17,953 nucleotides of DNA. Origin: a virus. Lineage: Duplodnaviria > Heunggongvirae > Uroviricota > Caudoviricetes. This document shows positions 1-7,066 of the stretch, one piece after another. Every line of letters begins with the position of its first letter. Position 1 is the first letter of the stretch. The DNA lies in IMG/VR virus record IMGVR_UViG_3300027896_000022, positions 1-17,953 of that record; one strand, 5' to 3'. Made by a program: the position numbers and the translations under genes. The notes below the pieces were generated by a model. It saw only the letters and a program-made list of their open reading frames with translations, was not told the DNA's origin and searched no databases.

Positions 1-299
1 ATACTGGCTATACAGGTTATACAGGTGCTGGTGCTTATACTGGTACCACTGGCTACACTGGTTATACTGGCTATACAGGTGCTGGTGCTTATACTGGTAC
101 CACAGGTTATACAGGTTATACTGGCTATACTGGCTATACAGGTTATACAGGTGCTGGTGCTTATACTGGTACCACTGGCTACACTGGTTATACTGGCTAT
201 ACAGGTGCTGGTGCTTATACTGGTACCACAGGTTATACAGGTTATACTGGCTACACTGGTCACACAGGTTATACAGGTTATACAGGTTATACCGGACCT
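1..299 (+). repeat. 9-bp-unit coding repeat (GGN TAY ACN) containing a perfect 126-bp tandem duplication (1-126 = 127-252)
   Basis: Read directly. The block GGTGCTGGTGCTTATACTGGTACCAC starts at 24, 78, 150 and 204 (spacings 54, 72, 54). Confidence 0.95.
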
Positions 300-626
300 G
301 CAGATCCTAAACCAAAAGTTTTATCAGCTGCTAGTTATACTACTGATACAGGAACTTCATTGAATTGTGATAACTTGAGTTTATTTATCGTTACTGCTCA
401 GGCTGGTGCTTTAAAATTTAATAATCCTGGCGGAACTCCGGCTGATGGTCAAAGACTTTGGATTGCGGTAACTGGAACGGCGGCAAGAGCATTGACTTGG
501 GACACTAAATTTGAAGCAAGTGCTGGTGCAGCTTTGCCAACTACGACCGTAACTACCGCCAGATTAGATATTGGATTTGTTTGGCGTGCTGATACGAGTA
601 TGTGGCGTTGCGTAGCAATTTCTTGA
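3..626 (+). CDS. 5'-truncated collagen-like (Gly-Tyr-Thr) fibre protein with a C-terminal globular domain
   Basis: Frame +3 is open from the window edge: [16 protein letters not shown]...[76 protein letters not shown]...WRCVAIS*. The listed ORF 360..626 is only its tail, since TTG360 is internal and in frame. The C-terminal domain resembles a common phage fibre-end module. Confidence 0.88.
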   Translation, partial: TGYTGYTGAGAYTGTTGYTGYTGYTGAGAYTGTTGYTGYTGYTGYTGYTGAGAYTGTTGYTGYTGYTGAGAYTGTTGYTGYTGYTGHTGYTGYTGYTGPADPKPKVLSAASYTTDTGTSLNCDNLSLFIVTAQAGALKFNNPGGTPADGQRLWIAVTGTAARALTWDTKFEASAGAALPTTTVTTARLDIGFVWRADTSMWRCVAIS

Positions 627-655
627 GGAATATATGATTAAAATTATTTAATTTT

Positions 656-1417
656 ATGGCTTTGACAGTAAAAGCATTAGTAGTTGGTGGCGGTGGCGGT
701 GCTAATGGAGGCGTAGCCAGTGTTCGTTACGGTGATGGTGCTGGCGGTGGACGAGTTGTTTATAGGTCTGCTTATGCGGTTACAGCAGGAACTACTTATA
801 CTGTTACGGTTGGCAATGGTGGGGCAGGAGTCATTGGTGGGACTGGTGCAACGGGTTATAGTTCGGTATTCAATGATTTGACTGCAACGGGAGGTGTTGG
901 GTCACCATCATCAGCATCAGTCGGCGGTTCAAGCGGCAAAGATGTCGATGGAGTAACAACTAATTACACTGGTGGAACAGGAACAGGAGCGAATCCTGGT
1001 GGCGGTGGTGCGGGTGCTGGGGCAAATGGCAGTGATATAAACGGCGGTGCTGGATATACATGCAGTATAACTGGTTCGCCAGCAAATTATGCTGGTGGCG
1101 GTGCAGGTGCTAATAATGGTGGTTCTGGAACTCATGTAGATGGTGGTGGTGCGGGATTTAACCCCACTAATGGTACTGCTAATACAGGTGGTGGTGGTGG
1201 TGGAGGCAACAGCGGTGCGGCTGGCGGTACTGGTGGTTCAGGTATAGTTATTATTTCTTGGGTTACGGCAAATTTTCCTTCGGTAACAATTACTGGAACC
1301 GGAAATACTAAAACTGTTAGTGGCTCAGAAACTTATGCTAAGTTTATTGTAAGTGGTACTATTACTTTTGATTTTTTTTATAATAGTAATTTTTTCTATT
1401 TTTTTAATAATTATTAA
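656..1417 (+). CDS. Glycine-rich-domain phage tail/fibre-associated protein
   Basis: Motifs LVVGGGGGA, YAVTAGTTYTVTVGNGG, SSVF..LTATGG, ANTGGGGGG and GGSGIVII are typical of the phage glycine-rich domain. It follows a fibre gene. Confidence 0.8.
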   Translation: MALTVKALVVGGGGGANGGVASVRYGDGAGGGRVVYRSAYAVTAGTTYTVTVGNGGAGVIGGTGATGYSSVFNDLTATGGVGSPSSASVGGSSGKDVDGVTTNYTGGTGTGANPGGGGAGAGANGSDINGGAGYTCSITGSPANYAGGGAGANNGGSGTHVDGGGAGFNPTNGTANTGGGGGGGNSGAAGGTGGSGIVIISWVTANFPSVTITGTGNTKTVSGSETYAKFIVSGTITFDFFYNSNFFYFFNNY

Positions 1418-1446
1418 TATATTAATTAACTAATTAACTAAATTTT

Positions 1447-1671
1447 ATGAAAAATTTTTTTAAAAAATTTCTAAAATTAATAGACGGTAAAAAAACTGTT
1501 ATTTTAGGAATTTTAAGCGTTATTGTCTTGTATTTACTTCAGGTAGATTTTATTTCAGCACCTCTTGCCTATGCCTTAGAAGGTATTTTAACTGTTTTAG
1601 GTGGTGGAGCTTCCTATGCAACAAAACGTTTTGCTAATAAAGAAAATGTCGCTAAGGTAGAAGTTAAGTAA
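1447..1671 (+). CDS. Holin-like small membrane protein (2 predicted TM helices)
   Basis: 74 aa. Basic N-terminus, GKKT motif followed by hydrophobic helix VILGILSVIVLYLL, second helix LAYALEGILTVLGGGASY, basic C-terminal tail. Confidence 0.65.
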   Translation: MKNFFKKFLKLIDGKKTVILGILSVIVLYLLQVDFISAPLAYALEGILTVLGGGASYATKRFANKENVAKVEVK

Positions 1672-1672
1672 T

Positions 1673-1837
1673 ACGCATCATTCCTTTTGGGAAAATTATT
1701 TTAAGGTGTTTTGGAACATTGTTGAATTTGGTGTTAAAACAATTTTGACTTTTTGTCTAGCTGTAATCTTGACAGTAATTCTGTATGGATTAGTACTTTT
1801 ATCTTTAATAATTTTTTCAAAATTAACTTTTATGTAA
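1673..1837 (+). CDS. Putative small hydrophobic membrane protein (ACG start at 1673, or GTG at 1706)
   Basis: A stop-free frame fills the gap between 1671 and 1842: (T/M)HHSFWENYFKVFWNIVEFGVKTILTFCLAVILTVILYGLVLLSLIIFSKLTFM*. There is no upstream ATG in frame without crossing TAG1658. Not in the ORF track. Confidence 0.4.
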   Translation, partial: THHSFWENYFKVFWNIVEFGVKTILTFCLAVILTVILYGLVLLSLIIFSKLTFM

Positions 1838-1841
1838 ATCT

Positions 1842-2144
1842 ATGAGCGAGCAAGAAGTATGTAATCAACCAATCAGAGATATTGTAATAGAATTACGGAC
1901 TGAAGTTCGTAATATTCGCTATGATATCGCAGATTTAAAAAGTGGGACTACAGAAAGAATCAATACTCTTGAAAAAGATAAAGCAGATAGGGTAGTAGTA
2001 GATGCCGTGCAAAAGAAAATCGATGAAGATGTAGAAGTTAGAATTAGAAAATTAGAAAATAATGTAATTAAGATTTTTTCTTATGCTACTTTGGCTGGAG
2101 CTATAATTAGCATTCTTGCCGAATGGGGACTAAAAAAAATATGA
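1842..2144 (+). CDS. Coiled-coil protein with a C-terminal TM anchor (lysis-cassette/holin-like)
   Basis: 100 aa. Heptad-like charged helices followed by IFSYATLAGAIISILAEWGL and a KKI tail, an architecture common next to phage lysis genes. Confidence 0.6.
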   Translation: MSEQEVCNQPIRDIVIELRTEVRNIRYDIADLKSGTTERINTLEKDKADRVVVDAVQKKIDEDVEVRIRKLENNVIKIFSYATLAGAIISILAEWGLKKI

Positions 2145-2233
2145 AGATATTTAATGATTTTTATTGGATAGTAATCCTTATAGTTTGCATAGAAATGGCT
2201 GTATTCTTTTATTTTATTTCAAGAATAAATTAA
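2141..2233 (+). CDS. 30-aa single-TM peptide
   Basis: MKIFNDFYWIVILIVCIEMAVFFYFISRIN*. It starts in an ATGA overlap with the upstream stop and ends 4 nt before the next ATG. Not in the ORF track. Confidence 0.55.
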   Translation: MKIFNDFYWIVILIVCIEMAVFFYFISRIN

Positions 2234-2237
2234 ATAT

Positions 2238-3125
2238 ATGGATTGGAAACCCTTTAAAACAACCCCAAATAAGATCCAATTTATAAATGCCGGATATGGC
2301 AACGCATTTGACACTTCATTTTGCGTCACCTTTTCAATCCTGAAATGTTTGCAGACAATTTTTAATCAGATGATCAGCTTAGGTCTTATTCCACAGGCCT
2401 ACCTTGACTGGTTAAAATTGAATAATTACCTTAATAATCTTGGACAACTTGATTTTTCACCTCGTTTCACGGGGACGATGGCAGATACAACCATTTATGG
2501 AAATTCTCAGTGGAACGTTATGAATGCCATTATTGCCTATGGACTGATACCAGAAAAAACATATCCAAATCAGGCAAACAGTTGGACGGAATATGCCGAT
2601 GAGACAAAAATAACTCAAGAAATGAAAGATTTAGGGCAGGAATTCTTAAAAAGATTTCTCTTAGATTCTAAAGAGGAATCATATTTTTCTGCCTTAGACA
2701 AGTCACCTCTAGACGGTATTGTAAGATTTGCCGATGGCAATGGAATACTTTCACCTGTCGGGCCAACTAATCATGGCATAATGGTTGAAAATGATGGTGA
2801 TGATTTGACTTATGTTAATATTAGTGATTCTTATTGGCAAGAAGAAAAAAAATATGATAGAAATAAAGTTTCTTTTCTTAAATCATTTATTATAACGCCT
2901 AAAACTATGACGCCAGAACAAATAGCCGCATTTATTAAAAACAATGACTTAAAATGGGTAAGAAATAAAGACAATGGTTCATTCGGCAGAATTATGCAAG
3001 GACAATTAAAGACATTTACTACCAATGATAGGGCGGTAGACTGTTTGCTTGATGACGCAGTCAGAAAAAATGGCATTCAAATTTCAAATGTAGAATGGTT
3101 AGCTTTGCCAAAAGTTGCTTTTTAA
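2238..3125 (+). CDS. Papain-like (clan CA, C1-type) cysteine peptidase with a short C-terminal domain; candidate endolysin
   Basis: C29 in DTSFCVTFS (cf. papain CGSCWAFS), DFSPRF, YGLIPEKTYP (cf. GxxxExxYP), H179 in TNHGI (cf. NHAV), D197 in ISDSY (cf. NSW). No signal peptide. Confidence 0.75.
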   Translation: MDWKPFKTTPNKIQFINAGYGNAFDTSFCVTFSILKCLQTIFNQMISLGLIPQAYLDWLKLNNYLNNLGQLDFSPRFTGTMADTTIYGNSQWNVMNAIIAYGLIPEKTYPNQANSWTEYADETKITQEMKDLGQEFLKRFLLDSKEESYFSALDKSPLDGIVRFADGNGILSPVGPTNHGIMVENDGDDLTYVNISDSYWQEEKKYDRNKVSFLKSFIITPKTMTPEQIAAFIKNNDLKWVRNKDNGSFGRIMQGQLKTFTTNDRAVDCLLDDAVRKNGIQISNVEWLALPKVAF

Positions 3126-3144
3126 TAATGTATTTTAAAGAAAG

Positions 3145-3173
3145 AAGACAAAAACCAAAAAATATGGTATAAT
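3145..3173 (+). promoter_or_regulatory. Sigma70-type promoter with extended -10
   Basis: AAGACA (3145-3150, 4/6 match to TTGACA), 17-bp spacer, TG at 3165-3166, perfect TATAAT at 3168-3173, in the intergenic gap upstream of the tail operon. Confidence 0.75.
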
Positions 3174-3197
3174 AAGGGAAAATTGAACAATAAAAAT

Positions 3198-3473
3198 ATG
3201 TTTGGAAACAATTTAATGGCTACCATTCTTTTGGGAGGAAAAAAAATCTTTGGACAAGGATATGTTCAAACAAATTCCGTTGAAGAATTGAATATTTTTA
3301 CCCCCGGGGAAGCCACTGAAGGTGAAACGGCAGGCAGAGATGCCTTCCCCAGTGGTGATTTAATAGAAATAGTAGATATTGGAGGAAATATCTGGGATAG
3401 CAATGATGATAATGGCGGTGATATGACAGGATCAGAAAACGTTGATGGAAGTATGTCAAGTGACAGTGATTAA
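3198..3473 (+). CDS. Small acidic protein of unknown function (probable virion-associated)
   Basis: The ORF track starts at TTG3183, but ATG3198 (after AATAAAAAT) matches the start context of other genes. Hydrophobic N-terminus MFGNNLMATILLGG, then a D/E/G/S-rich tail. Confidence 0.65.
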   Translation: MFGNNLMATILLGGKKIFGQGYVQTNSVEELNIFTPGEATEGETAGRDAFPSGDLIEIVDIGGNIWDSNDDNGGDMTGSENVDGSMSSDSD

Positions 3474-3496
3474 GTTTATTAAATTTTTATAAGTTT

Positions 3497-5224
3497 ATGA
3501 GCATAAATCTTCGCGCCGACAACAGGTCTATTATAAAGGATGCAAAATATTCCTATTTAATAGATAACTATTCTTCTAATGTGTCAACTATGACTGTGGC
3601 TAATCCTGAAGGATTTTTCCATAATAGTTATATTTTAGTAGGAAATATTGGATCAGAAAATACTGAAATGTTGCAGCTTCAGAAAGTTGATCCAGTCTCT
3701 GGCGCTTTGACTTTTATAAACTTCACCGCAATGGCTGTTGGTAGTGGAATAGCTACGGCAATTATAAATAATGGCGGAACAGGATATTCATTGGGAGAGA
3801 TTTTAACTGTAGTTCAAACTGGTGGTGCAACCGGTTCTGTTCGCGTTGCTACCATTGGTGGCGGTGGTGTTATTACAAGTGTTACAGTAGACCAACCTGG
3901 TTATGGTTATTCTGTAGCCAATGGAGTGGCTACCACAGGAGGTGGAAGCAATACTGCCACTATAGATATTTTGACTTTAACCACACCGACTACTGCTACA
4001 AGCATTCTTTTTGGAACAAATCAATTTTTTATTGCCGGCCAGCCAGTAGAAGTTTTCTCACCTGCTGGTGTTAGCCGCGGGACAGGAACAGTTTTAACCA
4101 GCAGCAATGCCACAAGTTCTGTTATGACTTTATCTGGTGCAGGTATAGCTGGAACTGTTGCTGGAGACACGGTAGTTGTTAGTGATCTTACTAAATTTGC
4201 TCATTCTGAAAGCACTAAAGTAGTTGTCCTACAATATAATAAAGTTAGATTTTTTAGGACAGACACCCCAGCGGTTCCTAATGTTGCCCCATATATGGCT
4301 ATTAATGAAAATCAGGATAAGTCTATTACCCAGACAACAAAGTCAGTGATGGGAGCGGTTAGGACAACCACATATAATCAATCAGATGATCCTTCTTCTG
4401 TAACAACTGTTGATTTTACCCCGCCTATTGTTTCTACGGGTGCATTGGCATTAACTGTTCCTTTGCCAATTCAGGTTAATGATTTTTATACCACCTTTAT
4501 TGATTCTATTAATTCCACCGGTTATGGTTGGTTCTCTTTTTACAATTCAACAACTGCTTTATATTCTCCAATTTCAAATCCGATTCCTTATTCAGGATTT
4601 CCGCAAAATACAGTGAAAAAAGTGTTTGAATCTTTTAATAGTTCAATGAATACTAAAGAATTAAAGCTGATTACCTCAGAAGATCGCTTCAATTGGCTGA
4701 ATGAAGGAGTATCCTACATGGTTAATGAATTGAACATGGTTAACTATGAATATTTCGCCACCGAGGAATTGCAATTGAATTTAAAGGCTGGAATAGCAAA
4801 ATATTTATTGCCTCAGGATTTTTCAGCTCTTTTATTCATTAATGATTCAAAGGGCATAAAAATAAATGCTTATGATGCCACTTTTGCCAGGGCTAATGTG
4901 GCTTCCATAATGCAATATGCGGTTAGAGGTAAATTTATAATATTTTATCCGCCGCCGCAATTAGATGACACTGCAACTTTAGCTTATCTGAAAAGTTCAT
5001 CAGTTTTATCAAAATTAGATGATGTTATTGACTTGCCAGATAATGCTTATTATGCCATTAAAGATTTTATGCGGTTTAGGGCTTATCAAAAATTACAAAA
5101 TGCTGCCGAGTCTCAAAATTCTTTTATTTTCTTCAGCAAGATGGTAGAAAGCATGAAGATTCATGCTATAAGAAGAGATGATGGTCTTGATAGTTGGTCT
5201 ATTGCTGATACAGCTAATACTTAA
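3497..5224 (+). CDS. Head-tail adaptor-like protein with a large N-terminal modular extension
   Basis: The C-terminal ~205 aa carry WLNEG, LKAGIAKYLLPQDF, YAVRGKFIIFYPPP and DVIDLPDNAYYAIKDFMRFRAY, a pattern seen in podovirus adaptor (T7 gp11/P22 gp4-like) proteins. It lies directly before a nozzle-like gene. Confidence 0.7.
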   Translation: MSINLRADNRSIIKDAKYSYLIDNYSSNVSTMTVANPEGFFHNSYILVGNIGSENTEMLQLQKVDPVSGALTFINFTAMAVGSGIATAIINNGGTGYSLGEILTVVQTGGATGSVRVATIGGGGVITSVTVDQPGYGYSVANGVATTGGGSNTATIDILTLTTPTTATSILFGTNQFFIAGQPVEVFSPAGVSRGTGTVLTSSNATSSVMTLSGAGIAGTVAGDTVVVSDLTKFAHSESTKVVVLQYNKVRFFRTDTPAVPNVAPYMAINENQDKSITQTTKSVMGAVRTTTYNQSDDPSSVTTVDFTPPIVSTGALALTVPLPIQVNDFYTTFIDSINSTGYGWFSFYNSTTALYSPISNPIPYSGFPQNTVKKVFESFNSSMNTKELKLITSEDRFNWLNEGVSYMVNELNMVNYEYFATEELQLNLKAGIAKYLLPQDFSALLFINDSKGIKINAYDATFARANVASIMQYAVRGKFIIFYPPPQLDDTATLAYLKSSSVLSKLDDVIDLPDNAYYAIKDFMRFRAYQKLQNAAESQNSFIFFSKMVESMKIHAIRRDDGLDSWSIADTANT

Positions 5225-5229
5225 TTCTA

Positions 5230-7062
5230 ATGATTCAAAAGAATGTCACAACTAAACTTATTCAATATTTTGATGGAGTAAATGCTCTGACTGCTTCTAA
5301 TATTGCTAAACCTCAGGAATTAGTACATTCTGAAAATCTTAGATCACCAGCGATTGGAACGATAGAAAAACGGGAAGGAATGAGTGTTGTCGGAACAGCT
5401 GCTGGTGCCGCACCATTTACGGCAACTACTAATTACGGTTTGTTTTATTTTAATAATACCTTTAATAAAGGATTATATAGGGTGAGTACTGTTAGTGGAG
5501 TTACTTCAATTTATTATTTAAATAATTCAAATGTTTGGACAGCTTTAACGGGGTTAGGAACAGCTTTTACGCCTAATGATATAATTAGCACCTGTTTAGC
5601 TGAAAATAATTTATATTTTGTTAATAAGGGGATTACTTCAAGATGCATTCTTGGGTCAGATGGTACTACTGTTCAGGACTCAACTTTAGCTACTTTATCT
5701 ACCTCAAATTTAACAAATTGTCCGAAAGCAAATATCGTAAATTACTACAAAGGCCGTTTATATGTAGCAGATTATACTTATGGATCCGTTGATTATCCCA
5801 ATACTATTTTAATGTCTTCTCCGCAACTTGGAATAATATCTTTAGTAAATAATGATACAGCAGTTGGACAAACAGTTGTTCCAGTTACTGATGCTAAATA
5901 TTTTATTGTAGGAGAAACATTTGAATTTAGGAGAGGAGCAACCTCTCTTGGGACAGCAACTATTGCTAGTGTACAGGAAACAACCATAACCTTAACAGCC
6001 CCGCTTGGTTTTGCCGTGCTGGCTTCTGATGAAATGTGGGTTAATGGCACTTATTCTGGGAAAAAAGTTTTTAGATGGGTTACAAATCCTACAGAAATGG
6101 GTGTTAACGCCAAAAATTATGATTCTTTTAAAATGTCGACAACGACAGATAATAATAATGAAGCAATTACCGTAATGACCAATATTGGTAATACGATGCT
6201 TATAGCGACAGCCAGTAGCATGGCTATTTGGAACAGTTATGTTCTTCAAAATATTGACTTTGGAATTGGTTGTTGCTCTAAGAGAGCCCATGTAAAAACC
6301 AGCGGTTTTCTTTATTTCTTACATTATACTGGTATTTACGTAACGCAGGGTGCGGCACCTCAATATATTTCCAGTAAAGTTGAACCCTACATTCAAGGAG
6401 CGACAAAAAGTGGCTTAGAGAATGCTACAGCTGGAAAGAAAGGAAGAAATTTATTTTTCTGCATCGGTGATGTTACTTTAAAAAATCCTGATGGATCAAT
6501 AGATAAAATTTTAAAAGATGTTTGTCTAGAATATAGTATTACTCAGCAGAACTGGTATATTCACACGAATTGGAAAATGACAAAAATGGTTACTTATTTT
6601 TCTACTGACAATCCTGATCGTTTAGTTGGAACTTCCACCTTTACTGATGCTTCAGTTGTTGAATTATTAGCTGATGGTAAAAGTACAGATGTTTCTTCAG
6701 CTACAATAGCAACATCAGAAATTCCATTTAGGGCAGATACTCCAAATATAATGCTTGGAACATCTTTCCAATTTATTAGTTATCCTGCAGAAATTGACGT
6801 TGAGATGGAAAGAGGACAAGGAATGAAATGTTTTTGTTCTTTAGACAGGGCCGATTGGTATGAATTAGAAGGTGAGGCTGGCAAGGGATTAACCATTTTT
6901 AAAGTTACTAGCAAAGATGGTGATACGTCAAAACCGCCAAGATGCCGTAATATAAGATTGTCTTTCAGGCATAATGGAAAACAACTTTGTAAAATATCTA
7001 AAATTGCTATTCTTTCAATAATGATGCCAGAAGAAGAACAGTTTAAGGAAGACGGTAAATAA
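5230..7062 (+). CDS. Tail nozzle / DNA-stabilization protein (P22 gp10 / T7 gp12-like, beta-propeller)
   Basis: 610 aa. N-terminal FDGVN...E...SEN...G.IEKREG motif, beta-rich blades (YYKGRLYVA, GFLYFL..TGIYV), C-terminal RNIRLSF...KISKI. It follows the adaptor-like gene. Confidence 0.72.
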   Translation: MIQKNVTTKLIQYFDGVNALTASNIAKPQELVHSENLRSPAIGTIEKREGMSVVGTAAGAAPFTATTNYGLFYFNNTFNKGLYRVSTVSGVTSIYYLNNSNVWTALTGLGTAFTPNDIISTCLAENNLYFVNKGITSRCILGSDGTTVQDSTLATLSTSNLTNCPKANIVNYYKGRLYVADYTYGSVDYPNTILMSSPQLGIISLVNNDTAVGQTVVPVTDAKYFIVGETFEFRRGATSLGTATIASVQETTITLTAPLGFAVLASDEMWVNGTYSGKKVFRWVTNPTEMGVNAKNYDSFKMSTTTDNNNEAITVMTNIGNTMLIATASSMAIWNSYVLQNIDFGIGCCSKRAHVKTSGFLYFLHYTGIYVTQGAAPQYISSKVEPYIQGATKSGLENATAGKKGRNLFFCIGDVTLKNPDGSIDKILKDVCLEYSITQQNWYIHTNWKMTKMVTYFSTDNPDRLVGTSTFTDASVVELLADGKSTDVSSATIATSEIPFRADTPNIMLGTSFQFISYPAEIDVEMERGQGMKCFCSLDRADWYELEGEAGKGLTIFKVTSKDGDTSKPPRCRNIRLSFRHNGKQLCKISKIAILSIMMPEEEQFKEDGK

Positions 7063-7066
7063 AAAT

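Noticed and set aside
1-299. CRISPR-like or DGR-like repeat interpretation
   Set aside because: There are no unique spacers, unit lengths are multiples of 3 and encode protein, and there is no adenine-specific template/variable pair or reverse transcriptase in the window.
25-363. Listed 112-aa hydrophobic ORF ([15 protein letters not shown]...)
   Set aside because: It is an off-frame shadow of the GYT collagen repeat. Frame +3 is continuous with the downstream domain and has wobble variation at third positions.
360-626. Listed 88-aa ORF as an independent gene
   Set aside because: TTG360 is in frame with the upstream open collagen frame, so this is the C-terminal domain of a larger truncated gene.
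625-651. GAGGA followed by a 5-codon mini-ORF (ATG634, MIKII*) before gene 656
   Set aside because: It is very short, the GAGG overlaps the upstream stop codon, and no other gene here uses an SD. It is likely chance.
1405-1446. AT-rich gap with ATTAACTA repeated twice as a terminator or operator
   Set aside because: There is no GC-rich hairpin, and such short repeats are expected by chance in very AT-rich DNA.
1646-1837. TAG recoding (ATG TCG CTA AGG TAG AAG... would extend the small TM ORF)
   Set aside because: About 16 kb of long ORFs contain no in-frame TAG or TGA, and TAG stops at 11400 and 15060 are followed closely by new starts in other frames. The standard code fits.
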